From an uncultured Acidobacteriota bacterium (GTDB lineage: Bacteria; Acidobacteriota; Vicinamibacteria; Vicinamibacterales; Fen-181): a stretch of DNA of 64,000 nucleotides. Below are positions 55,328 through 64,000 of this stretch, in pieces. The notes under the pieces were generated by a model. It did no database searches, was not told the DNA's origin, and saw only the letters and a list, made by a program, of their open reading frames with translations. Position numbers and translations under genes: made by a program. The DNA is taken from contig CAVQXT010000007.1 in the NCBI GenBank assembly GCA_963717945.1, forward strand, positions 1,092,662-1,156,661, read 5' to 3'. How positions within the stretch are numbered: the first letter of the stretch is position 1; the number at the start of each line of letters is the position of its first letter.

Positions 55328-56444
55328 CGCCCATCCGTTCCAGGATCAACTCCGCCGCCACCGCCGCCCCCGATACGTCCGCGGGCTCCGGATGGTCCTG
55401 TCCCAGCAGTTCCTCGAGATAGGGTAGCCACTCGCCCGCGAACAGGGCTTCCTGCGGGATGTACTGCGACCGCACGTAGCGGGGCATCTCCTGGACGAGG
55501 ACCTCGTACTCGATGAAGTTCCCGCGCGAGGTGTAGAGCAGCGACGTCTGATGCGCGGCGCACTCGGCGATGATGCCGTAGCCGGGCTTGGTCGCCACCA
55601 CGTCCACCGCGGCCACCAGGTCCTCGTACCGCCACCCGGCGCCGTAGAGCGCCTGCTCGTCGAACTCGACCACCCCGCGATCGCTCCGGCGTGCCGCGTC
55701 GGACATCTCGAGGTGCCCGGTCAGCACGGCGACGAACTCTCCGCCGAAGGCGTCGAAGGCCCGCGGCGAGACGTCGCGCAGCCCGTGGCCGCCGAACGAG
55801 AGCAGCACGAGCTTGCGGTCGAGGGGAAGGCCGAGCGCCTTTCGCGTCTCGTCGGGGTGGCGAGTGGATCGGCGCGCCACCAGCGGCAGGTCGCGCGTCG
55901 CCTCCGGCGGCGCCATCTCGAACCCGCCCCACATCGGCAGCCTGAGGAACAGGTCGGCCTGACCGCACGCGTCGCGGACCTGTCGCACGAGGTCGACTGC
56001 TCCGAACCGCTCGGGCTCGTAATCCTCGTAGATCCAGTCCCAGGTGAAGTTCGCGACGGCGATCGACGGGATCCCGGCCGCGCGCGCGGCCGCGAAGGCG
56101 AGCGGCGGCACGTCGCCGACGACGAGGGCCGGGCGGAGCGAGCGCAGCAGATCGCGCTCGGCCGCCACCTTCGCGTCGAAGTCCGCGTAGAACGCCGCCG
56201 CGCGGCGGATGGTCGCCGCTTCGTCGAGGCGCAGGCTGTCGATCTGGACGACGCCGGTGTCGCATTCGACCTGCTGGAACTCGACCGGCGCCCTCAGCGT
56301 CAGGTCGAAGATCCAGCGCTTCGCGCCCGTCCGGACGACGACCGGCAGGCCGGGCCGGCGCTCGCGCAGGGCGTTGATGATCTCGATGTCGCGGGACGCG
56401 TGGCCGAAGCCGTGGCCGGACACATACCAGACGATCGGCTGCAT
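55308..56444 (-). CDS. GT-B glycosyltransferase-like protein (similar to the N-terminal domain of L-arabinokinase)
   Basis: YVSGHGFGHASR, NFTWDWIY, LSFGG, TKPGYG. Confidence 0.75.
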   Translation of the reverse strand: MQPIVWYVSGHGFGHASRDIEIINALRERRPGLPVVVRTGAKRWIFDLTLRAPVEFQQVECDTGVVQIDSLRLDEAATIRRAAAFYADFDAKVAAERDLLRSLRPALVVGDVPPLAFAAARAAGIPSIAVANFTWDWIYEDYEPERFGAVDLVRQVRDACGQADLFLRLPMWGGFEMAPPEATRDLPLVARRSTRHPDETRKALGLPLDRKLVLLSFGGHGLRDVSPRAFDAFGGEFVAVLTGHLEMSDAARRSDRGVVEFDEQALYGAGWRYEDLVAAVDVVATKPGYGIIAECAAHQTSLLYTSRGNFIEYEVLVQEMPRYVRSQYIPQEALFAGEWLPYLEELLGQDHPEPADVSGAAVAAELILERMGVSRRVP

Positions 56445-56451
56445 GGCGCGC

Positions 56452-58809
56452 TCAGACCGCCGCGGGGCTGGGCAGCGCGGCGGGCACCGCCGCCGGCAGC
56501 GCGACCCGCAGGACCTCTTCGAGCGTCGACGCCGGGACGAAGCGGATCGCCTTCCGCACTTCCTCCGGCAGTTCCGCCAGGTCCGGCTCGTTCCTCTCCG
56601 GCAGCACGAACGTCTTGATGCCGTGGCGGCTGGCCGCCAGCACCTTTTCGCGGATGCCGCCGACCGGCAGCACCAGGCCGGTCAGCGTGATCTCTCCCGT
56701 CATCGCGACATCGGGCTGCACCGGTTCGTGCCGGACGGCGGAGAGGATCGCGGTGGCCATCGTGACGCCGGCCGACGGCCCGTCCTTCGGGATCGCGCCG
56801 GCCGGGACGTGGACGTGCAGGTCGTGATCGTCGAGGAACGCCGGGTCCACGCCGAAGGCGGTCGCGTTGGCGCGGATGTGGCTGACGGCCGCCCGCGCCG
56901 ACTCCTGCATGACGTTGCCGAGCTGGCCGGTGAGAATCAGGTTCTCATGGCCTCCCGGCACGAGCGTCGCCTCGATGAACAGGACGTCGCCGCCGGTCTC
57001 GGTCCACGCGACGCCGGTGGCCACGCCGGGGCGCGACACCCTGAACGCCACCTCGCCGTGGATGCGCGGCGGGCCCAGGTACTCGGGCAGCTCGCCGGCA
57101 TGAACCGTCACCGGGAGCATGGCCGGACCCGATCCGGCGACGCGGGCCGCCACCTTGCGAGCGACCGTGCCGACCTGGCGTTCCAGGTTCCGGACCCCCG
57201 CCTCCCGCGTGTACTGCTCGATCACCGCGTGCAGCGTGTCGTCGGGCAGCTGGACCGACTCCGCCGGCAGGCCGTGCTCGGCGAGCTGGCGCGGGATCAG
57301 GTACCGCCGCGCGATGTGCAGCTTCTCGTCTCCGGTGTAGCCGGCCAGCGAGATGATCTCCATCCGGTCGAGCAGCGCCGGGTACACCGGGCCCAGCGTG
57401 TTGGCGGTCGCGATGAACAGGACGCGCGACAGGTCGTAGTTCAGCTCGAGGTAGTGGTCGCGGAACGTGTTGTTCTGCGCCGGGTCGAGCACCTCGAGCA
57501 GCGCGGCCGCCGGGTCGCCCTGGAACCCGACGCTCATCTTGTCGACCTCGTCCAGCATGAAGACGGGGTTGGCCGACCCCGCCTGCTTCATCGCCTGGAT
57601 GATCCGACCCGGGAGGGCGCCGATGTACGTGCGCCGGTGGCCCCGGATCTCCGCTTCGTCGCGCACGCCCCCGAGCGAGATCCGGACGAACTTCCGGTTC
57701 ATCGCGCGCGCGATCGACTGGCCGAGCGACGTCTTGCCGACGCCGGGGGCTCCCACGAAGCAGAGGATGGGTCCCCGCATGTCCCCCTTCAGCTTGCGCA
57801 CGGCGAGGTACTCGACAATCCGTTCCTTCACCTTGTCGAGGTCGTAGTGGTCCTCGTCCAGCACGCGCCGGGCCTCGACCGGATCGAGCCGGTCCTCGGT
57901 GGTCGTGCTCCACGGGACGTCCAGCACCCAGTCGAGATAGGTGCGGATCATCTGGTACTCCGGCGAGGCCGGCGTCATCCGCTCCAGCCGCTCCACCTCG
58001 TGCGCCGCGGCCGTCGCCACGTGCTCGGGCAGGTTCGCCTTGGCGATCCGCTCGCGCAGTTCCGCGGTTTCGGCCCCCTCCTTCTCGCCGAGCTCCTCCT
58101 GGATCGCCTTCAGCTGCTGGCGCAGGTAGTACTGGCGCTGCGCGTCGGTCATCTCCGCCTGGGCCTGCGATTCGATCTTGCCCTTCAGCTCGAGCAGCGC
58201 GATCTCGCGGTTCAGGACGCCGGAGACCGCCTGCAGCTTGACGAGCAGCCGGTCCTCTTCGAGCAGCTTCTGCTTGTCCTCGGGCTTCATGTCGAGCAGG
58301 CTGCCGAGCAGGTAGACCAGGCGGAGCGGGTCGTCGATGCTCATCACCATCGCCCGCAGTTCCTGCGACAGGCCGCTCGTCAGGTTCATCGCGCGGTCGA
58401 TCAGCTCCTTGAGGCTCCTGACGTAGGCGTCCACCTCGAGGGTCTTCTCGACCAGCTCGGGGCGCGCGGTGACCGCCGCGGTCATCACCAGGTCGGTCCG
58501 CGAGATGACCCCCGCGGCGCGGGCGACGCCTTCGACGATGATGTGCACGCCGGTCGGCGACTTCGCCATCTGGCGGACGATCCCCACCGTGCCGATCTGG
58601 CTGAGGTCGGCCGGCTGGGGGTCGTCGGCCTCCTCGCGCTCGAGCGTCAGGAACAGCATCCGCTCGGTGCCGAGCGCGCGGTGGACCGATTCGACCGAGA
58701 CCGGCCGGTCGGCCGCGAGCGGCTGGAGCGTCAGCGGGAACAGGACGCTCTGCCGGAGCGGAAGCACCGGGAGCTCGGCCGGCAGCTTGATCGACGAAGT
58801 GTTCGCCAT
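56452..58809 (-). CDS. lon: ATP-dependent Lon protease
   Basis: LPVLPLR, GAPGVGKT, LDEVDK, PKDGPSAG, VGGIREK. Confidence 0.97.
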   Translation of the reverse strand: MANTSSIKLPAELPVLPLRQSVLFPLTLQPLAADRPVSVESVHRALGTERMLFLTLEREEADDPQPADLSQIGTVGIVRQMAKSPTGVHIIVEGVARAAGVISRTDLVMTAAVTARPELVEKTLEVDAYVRSLKELIDRAMNLTSGLSQELRAMVMSIDDPLRLVYLLGSLLDMKPEDKQKLLEEDRLLVKLQAVSGVLNREIALLELKGKIESQAQAEMTDAQRQYYLRQQLKAIQEELGEKEGAETAELRERIAKANLPEHVATAAAHEVERLERMTPASPEYQMIRTYLDWVLDVPWSTTTEDRLDPVEARRVLDEDHYDLDKVKERIVEYLAVRKLKGDMRGPILCFVGAPGVGKTSLGQSIARAMNRKFVRISLGGVRDEAEIRGHRRTYIGALPGRIIQAMKQAGSANPVFMLDEVDKMSVGFQGDPAAALLEVLDPAQNNTFRDHYLELNYDLSRVLFIATANTLGPVYPALLDRMEIISLAGYTGDEKLHIARRYLIPRQLAEHGLPAESVQLPDDTLHAVIEQYTREAGVRNLERQVGTVARKVAARVAGSGPAMLPVTVHAGELPEYLGPPRIHGEVAFRVSRPGVATGVAWTETGGDVLFIEATLVPGGHENLILTGQLGNVMQESARAAVSHIRANATAFGVDPAFLDDHDLHVHVPAGAIPKDGPSAGVTMATAILSAVRHEPVQPDVAMTGEITLTGLVLPVGGIREKVLAASRHGIKTFVLPERNEPDLAELPEEVRKAIRFVPASTLEEVLRVALPAAVPAALPSPAAV

Positions 58810-58863
58810 AGCCTCATTCTCGCACAGTCATCGTCGCGGCCTGCGCGGCGCCGGGCCGGGCGG

Positions 58864-59529
58864 CTACTGGTGCCACCACTCCACGCGCTGGCGCTCGGGC
58901 CGGCGGAAGACGAAGACCGCCAGGACGCCGAAGAGGAACCCGGCCACGTGCGCCCAGAACGCGACGCCTCCGTGGGACCCGGCCGTCTGGGCCACCGACC
59001 CGACGCCGCTGAACAGCTGCATCAGGAACCAGATGCCGAGGAAGAAGACCGCGGGAATCTCGACGATGTCGACGAAGATGAACAGCCAGATGAACGTGAG
59101 CACCCGCGAATGCGGGTAGAGCACGAAGTAGGCCCCCATCACGCCGGCAATCGCGCCGCTCGCCCCGATCGTGGGCACGTAGGAGTCGGGGCTGACCATC
59201 GCCTGGGCCAGCCCGGCGACCATCCCGGCCAGGAGGTAGAAGCCAAGGTAGCGGCCGTGGCCGAGGCGGTCCTCGACGTTGTCGCCGAAGATCCACAGGA
59301 ACCACATGTTCCCGATGATGTGGAGCCAGCCGCCGTGCAGGAACATCGACGACAGGAGCGTGAGCCAGGCGAAGGCGGCGGGGACCATCCCGAGATCGCG
59401 GATCAGGACCTGGCGGGCCCCGGCCGGCAGCGACAGCTCGTACCAGAACGCGAGCGCGTTGGCGGCGATGATCCCGATGGTGACAAACGGCGTGGTCCGT
59501 GACGGAATGACGTCGCGCAGCGGGATCAC
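58864..59529 (-). CDS. Rhomboid-family intramembrane serine protease
   Basis: FLHGGWLHIIGNM, GASGA, AFWAHVAG. Confidence 0.95.
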   Translation of the reverse strand: MIPLRDVIPSRTTPFVTIGIIAANALAFWYELSLPAGARQVLIRDLGMVPAAFAWLTLLSSMFLHGGWLHIIGNMWFLWIFGDNVEDRLGHGRYLGFYLLAGMVAGLAQAMVSPDSYVPTIGASGAIAGVMGAYFVLYPHSRVLTFIWLFIFVDIVEIPAVFFLGIWFLMQLFSGVGSVAQTAGSHGGVAFWAHVAGFLFGVLAVFVFRRPERQRVEWWHQ

Positions 59530-59656
59530 GCCACGAGTATACGGTACGACCGGCCCGGCGCGCCTCCGTCGCCCCGGGATATAATTCGTCTCGACGTCAA
59601 CAGGCCGACGACGGCGCTCGAGCCGCTCGCTCGCGCCCGCATCGCGTGATCAGCCG

Positions 59657-60082
59657 ATGATTTGCAGGACTTGTGGAACCGAGATCGCGGACAAGGCGCT
59701 GGTCTGCTACCGCTGCGGGCAGGCGACGGCCGAACCCAGGTTCAAGCCGGGGGTTCCGGCGGCCGCGCGGAGGAGGGTGCGGGGCGTCGTGTGGTTCGTC
59801 GCCGCGGTGTGGCTGGCCGGCGCCGGCGTCGTGTGGAACACGGTGTTCGACGCGCACATCACGCGCGGCGCCCGCGACTACGTGGACCGCCAGCAGGTGT
59901 ACGCCGAGGGCCGTGGTCCGCGCGCCGACATGGGCCAGGTGATGAGCGCCGCCCGGAGCGACGGGCTGCGGGCGGCGTGGGGCTGGACGTCGGTGGAACT
60001 GGCGCCGGGGGCGGCGCTGGCCCTCGCGGTCTGGCTCAGAAGCCGGCGCGGCCGGGGCGGGCCGCCGCGCGCTTCTCGATAG
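59657..60082 (+). CDS. Zinc-ribbon-containing membrane protein
   Basis: CRTC...CYRC followed by two hydrophobic segments. Confidence 0.65.
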   Translation: MICRTCGTEIADKALVCYRCGQATAEPRFKPGVPAAARRRVRGVVWFVAAVWLAGAGVVWNTVFDAHITRGARDYVDRQQVYAEGRGPRADMGQVMSAARSDGLRAAWGWTSVELAPGAALALAVWLRSRRGRGGPPRASR

Positions 60083-60968
60083 CCGGCAGCGCCTCGTAAA
60101 GCACATCCCCGACCACCTGGAGGCTTCGCGCGCTCACCTTGTCGAGCGTGTCGCCGGCGGTGTGCCACGGAGGATAGTCCTCCGGCCCGTCGATGATGTC
60201 GACGGCCGGGACGCCGGCGTTGAGGAACGGGATGTGATCGTCCTCGATCTGGGTCGAGGCGTCGAGGAAGACGCCCCCGAGGTTCAGACGCTTCGCGGCC
60301 GCCCAGATGGCGTCGGTGAGCCAGGAGGTCGAGGCCAGCTCCCGCCTGATGCGCAGGTCGCGGTCGCCGATCATGTCCACCAGGATCATCGCCCGCAGGC
60401 TCCCGATCGTCTTGTCCCGCTGCGCCGCCTCGACGTAGTGCCGGCTGCCGTAGGTGTGGTCGGTTCCCTCCCACTCGACCGTCGCCTCCTCGCCGTCGAG
60501 GAACAGCAGCTCGGTGGTGAGCGGGTTCTTCCGCGCCTTCAGCACGCGCCCCCATTCCATCAGGAACGCGGTGCTCGACCCGGCGTCGTTGGCGCCGACG
60601 AAGCGGAACTCGCGGAACAGCTTCGTGTCGTAGTGGCCGGCGAAGACGATGCGATCGGGAGACGCGCCCGGGATCCGCGCGATGAGGTTCACCATGTGGA
60701 TCCGCCCAATCGGCGTCTCGGCGTCGAACGGCTGCTCGACGACCTGGATGCCGGCCTCGGCCAGCTGCTTCTTGATGTACTGGCGGGTCGATTCGAGGGC
60801 CGGCGAGCCGGCCGGCCGCGGACCGAAGGCCACCACCTGCCGCAGGTACTCGTAGGCGCGGCCGCCGTCGAACTTCGGCGGGGCCGGCGCGACGGCCATC
60901 GCGAGGGCCGCGGTGACCGCCCACAGCATCCCCACGGCCAGGCTACTCCTCATCGGTCGCCTCCTCAT
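60036..60968 (-). CDS. M28-family peptidase/glutaminyl-cyclase-like protein
   Basis: AGHYDT, GANDAGS, DGEE, DMIGD, EDDH, WHT. Confidence 0.9.
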   Translation of the reverse strand: MRRRPMRSSLAVGMLWAVTAALAMAVAPAPPKFDGGRAYEYLRQVVAFGPRPAGSPALESTRQYIKKQLAEAGIQVVEQPFDAETPIGRIHMVNLIARIPGASPDRIVFAGHYDTKLFREFRFVGANDAGSSTAFLMEWGRVLKARKNPLTTELLFLDGEEATVEWEGTDHTYGSRHYVEAAQRDKTIGSLRAMILVDMIGDRDLRIRRELASTSWLTDAIWAAAKRLNLGGVFLDASTQIEDDHIPFLNAGVPAVDIIDGPEDYPPWHTAGDTLDKVSARSLQVVGDVLYEALPAIEKRAAARPGRAGF

Positions 60969-61119
60969 CGTCCGGCTCCTCGCCCGCGGTGTCGGGAATG
61001 CGATAGTCGCCGTCCACCCACTTGGCCAGGTCGAGCAGCTTGCACCGCTCGCTGCAGAACGGGCGAAAAGCCGGCGCGACCGGGCGTTTCCGGCAGTACA
61101 CGCACAGCGGCTCGTTCAC
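60943..61119 (-). CDS. yacG: DNA gyrase inhibitor YacG
   Basis: CVYC...[16 protein letters not shown]...YRIP. Confidence 0.9.
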   Translation of the reverse strand: MNEPLCVYCRKRPVAPAFRPFCSERCKLLDLAKWVDGDYRIPDTAGEEPDDEEATDEE

Positions 61120-61192
61120 CAGACCATTATGCGGCAGGAATCGTCGTCCCGCCACGCGACTTGCGCCGCCCCTGAAGGGGACGGCCGAACGC

Positions 61193-61283
61193 GGGCTACG
61201 GGCTACGGGCCTCAGGCTTCGGGCCGAATCACGCCTGGCGCGCGTGACACTGCCTGAAGCCTGTAGCCTGAAGCCCGAAGCCG
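61193..61283. repeat. Inverted heptamer repeat cluster (GGGCTAC/AGGCTTC... GCCTGAA/GCCTGTA)
   Basis: Read directly; similar units near 7390, 42600 and 62000-62060. Confidence 0.65.
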
Positions 61284-61288
61284 GATGT

Positions 61289-61976
61289 CTAGGACGCCGA
61301 CGGGGCGGCGTGCCGCACGTCTTTCGCCGAGACGACGAAGATGATGTCCTCGGCGATGTTGGTGGCGTGATCGCCGATCCGCTCGAGGTGGCGGGAGATC
61401 AGGATGAGATTCGAGCGCCGGCTCGATGACCGACGGGTCTTGCACCATCAGCGCGAGCAGATCGTGATTGATCGTCGTCTTGAGCGCGTCCAGGGTGTCG
61501 TCGCGGTCGAGCACCGACTGCGCCAGCACCGTGTCGCGCCGGACGAATGCGTCGAGCGAGTCGCGCAGCATCGCCTGGGCGATGTCGGCCATGCGCGGGA
61601 GATCGAGCAGCGGCTTGACCGGCGGGTGCGCCAGGTAGCGCAGCGCCGCCTCGGCGATGTTCACCGCCATGTCGCCGACGCGCTCGAGGTCGGCGTTGAT
61701 CTTGAGCGCCGCCACGATCACCCGGAGGTCGGACGCCATCGGCTGGTAGAGGGCGAGCAGCCGGAAGGCCAGCCCGTCGATTTCGACGTGCAGCTGGTTG
61801 ATCGGCTCGTCGCCCGTGACGATGGCCTCGAGCCGCCTCGACTCGGCGGTCACGAGGGCCTCGACCGCGGTCTCGACGCGGTCCTCGGCCAGGCCACCCA
61901 TGGCGAGGATGCGCTCCTTCAGGTGCTCCAGTTCCTCCTGGAAGTGCCTGACCTGCTCGTGGGTATCCGTCGTCAC
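61289..61976 (-). pseudogene. phoU: Phosphate signalling regulator PhoU with a +1 frameshift near the 3' end (or sequencing error)
   Basis: QPMASDLR, DLERVGD; length 688 nt = 3n+1; the conserved [20 protein letters not shown] continues in another frame after TT at 61410-61411. Confidence 0.85.
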
Positions 61977-62061
61977 TCAATCCCCCCGCCTGAGCTAGCC
62001 CGAAGCCTGTAAGCCTGTAGGGCGACCCTTCAGGGTTGCCGGCCTGAAGCCTGAGGCCAGT

Positions 62062-62931
62062 CTACCCGAACCGCCCCGTGACGTAGTCCTCGGTCAGCTT
62101 CTCGCCCGGCGCCGTGAAGATCCGATCGGTGCGGTTGAACTCAATCAGCTTGCCCAGCCAGAAGAAGGCCGTGAAGTCCGACACGCGCGCGGCCTGCTGC
62201 ATGTTGTGCGTGACGATGACGATCGTGTAGTCGCGCTTGAGCTGGTAGATCAGCTCCTCGATGCGCTGGGTGGCGATCGGGTCGAGCGCCGAGGCGGGCT
62301 CGTCCATGAGGATGATCTCGGGCCGCACGGCGAGCGCGCGGGCGATGCACAGTCGCTGTTGCTGGCCGCCGGAGAGCGACAGCGCCGAGTCGCGCAGCCG
62401 GTCCTTGACCTCGTCCCACAGCGCAGCCGCCCTCAGGCTCTCCTCGACCTGGCCGTGCAGGTCGGCGCGGCCGGCGGCAAGGCCGTTCACGCGAATGCCG
62501 TAGGCGACGTTCTCGAAGATCGACTTCGGGAACGGGTTGGACTTCTGAAACACCATGCCGACGCGACGCCGCAGGTCCACCACGTCGGTTGCGGCGGTGT
62601 AGATATCCTCGCCCGCGATCTCGACGCCCCCCTCGAGCCGGGTGCCGGGGATCGTGTCGTTGAGGCGGTTGAACGTTCTGAGCAGCGTGCTCTTGCCGCA
62701 GCCCGACGGGCCGATGAAGGCGGTGACGAGGTTCGCCGGAATGTCGAACGAGATGTCGAACAGGGCCTGCTTGACGCCATAGAAGAAGCTGGCACGGCTG
62801 ACGCGGATCTCGGGACGACCTGGGTCGGCCGCATCGGCGCGTTCGACCGCTCGGACCACGCCCGCAAGCGTCGGGATGGGAACGGCGCCCGGCTGGAACC
62901 CCATGCCGGTCGTCGAGAGCGCATGAGCCAT
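62062..62931 (-). CDS. pstB: Phosphate ABC transporter ATP-binding subunit
   Basis: [46 protein letters not shown]. Confidence 0.96.
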   Translation of the reverse strand: MAHALSTTGMGFQPGAVPIPTLAGVVRAVERADAADPGRPEIRVSRASFFYGVKQALFDISFDIPANLVTAFIGPSGCGKSTLLRTFNRLNDTIPGTRLEGGVEIAGEDIYTAATDVVDLRRRVGMVFQKSNPFPKSIFENVAYGIRVNGLAAGRADLHGQVEESLRAAALWDEVKDRLRDSALSLSGGQQQRLCIARALAVRPEIILMDEPASALDPIATQRIEELIYQLKRDYTIVIVTHNMQQAARVSDFTAFFWLGKLIEFNRTDRIFTAPGEKLTEDYVTGRFG

Positions 62932-62999
62932 GCCCGCAGGATAGCGGGCGGAGGTTGCCGGTCGGTTACCCGCGGGTTAAATCCGTGTTTCGGCCGTCG

Positions 63000-64000
63000 T
63001 CAGGCCACCGTCCCCGCCGGCACCACGCCCCACTTGGGCACGATGATGATGCCGTTGCGGATGCAGTAGCCGTTGCCGTCGGCGTTCTGCACGCCCGCCT
63101 CGTTGGTCAGCCGGACGCCCGCGCCGATGCGCGCGTTCTTGTCCACGATCACGCGGTCGAGCACCGAGTCGGCGCCGACGCCCATCTGCGGGCCGTCCCC
63201 CTCGAACGGCGGGGCATCGTCGTCGTGCTCGTAGAAGTCGGCGCCGAGCAAAACCGAGCGGGTGATGCGGCAACCGTGATCGATCCTGGTCCGGATGCCG
63301 ATGATCGACTGCCGCACGGTCGAGCGGTCCACGTACGATCCTTCCGAGATCACCGCCTGGTCCACGTCGCAGAGGTTGAACCGCGAGGCGGGGAGGAAGC
63401 GGGGCCGCGTGAAGACCGGCCGCCGGGGGTCCCAGAAGTTGAACGGCGCCCTCGGGCGGGTCAGCATGATGTTGGCGTCGTAGAAGGACGCGACCGTGCC
63501 GACATCCTGCCAGTAGTCGCGGAACAAGTAGGCGTTGACGCGGCGGGTGTCGAGCGCCGCCGGGATGATCTCGTGGCCGAAGTCCACGCCCGCGTGGCGG
63601 TCGAGCGCGTCGAGCAGCACGTCCCGCGAGAACACGTAGATGCCCATCGACGCGATGAACGGCTTGTCGTCGGCCGGGTCCACGAACGTCGCCCCGACGG
63701 GCGCGCTCGAGCCGATGGCGCGGAGCCGGTCGGGCGTGGGCTTCTCCTCGAAGCCGACGATCTGGCCGTCGGCGTCGAACTGGAAGATCCCCATGCCCGG
63801 GGCCTCCTCGGGCGTGACGGGCTGGGCGGCGATCGTGATGTCCGAGCGGCGATCGACGTGCTCGTCGATCATCGCGGCGTAGTCCATCCGGTACAGATGG
63901 TCGCCGGCGAGAATCAACAGGTACTCCGCGTCGTGGTAGAGGAAGTGGCGCGCCGCCTGCCTGACCGCGTCGGCCGTGCCCTGGAACCAGTTGGTGTTGT
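63000..64000 (-). CDS. glgC: Glucose-1-phosphate adenylyltransferase, 5' part outside window
   Basis: WFQGTADAVRQ, AGDHLYRMDY, FEEKP, ASMGIYVF, DFGHEIIP, YWQDVGT. Confidence 0.95.
   Translation of the reverse strand, partial: NTNWFQGTADAVRQAARHFLYHDAEYLLILAGDHLYRMDYAAMIDEHVDRRSDITIAAQPVTPEEAPGMGIFQFDADGQIVGFEEKPTPDRLRAIGSSAPVGATFVDPADDKPFIASMGIYVFSRDVLLDALDRHAGVDFGHEIIPAALDTRRVNAYLFRDYWQDVGTVASFYDANIMLTRPRAPFNFWDPRRPVFTRPRFLPASRFNLCDVDQAVISEGSYVDRSTVRQSIIGIRTRIDHGCRITRSVLLGADFYEHDDDAPPFEGDGPQMGVGADSVLDRVIVDKNARIGAGVRLTNEAGVQNADGNGYCIRNGIIIVPKWGVVPAGTVA

Noticed and set aside
61400-61420. Programmed ribosomal frameshift in phoU
   Set aside because: No slippery heptamer or homopolymer run; a simple indel or sequencing error is more likely

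Overview
GC-rich bacterial chromosome segment, most likely Acidobacteriota (a VWFA-related acidobacterial-type gene and typical heptamer/REP intergenic repeats; taxonomy is inference). Left part (1-33.4 kb) is largely accessory: an RND efflux operon, small secreted/hypothetical genes, three apparent gene remnants (degenerate multicopper oxidase, 5'-truncated Usp, SRPBCC stub), an SQR-like flavoprotein, a compact Rieske-glutaredoxin-ferredoxin:thioredoxin reductase-Rieske operon, a three-gene c-di-GMP module (PAS-GGDEF*-EAL-TM, HEAT-like protein, HD-GYP) and two peptidases. At 33.46-38.44 kb a 4,915-bp element is integrated in tRNA-Leu(CAA), bounded by a perfect 60-bp direct repeat. It encodes a tyrosine integrase, a WG-repeat cargo protein, an operon with an HUH Rep-like protein plus a CopG-like ribbon-helix-helix protein (missed by the ORF track), and a serine resolvase, so it resembles a minimal integrated rolling-circle plasmid or satellite. 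The right part (38.5-64 kb) is mostly core genes: carD, plsC-like, VWA protein, OPT, rex-moaC, acyl-CoA ligase, lepB, LytS/LytTR, nuoI, yitJ, pmtA-like, lon, rhomboid, M28, yacG, frameshifted phoU, pstB, glgC. A ~215-bp rod-like structured non-coding element occurs twice, and many genes look leaderless. All product calls come from motif recognition by eye; no database searches were run.
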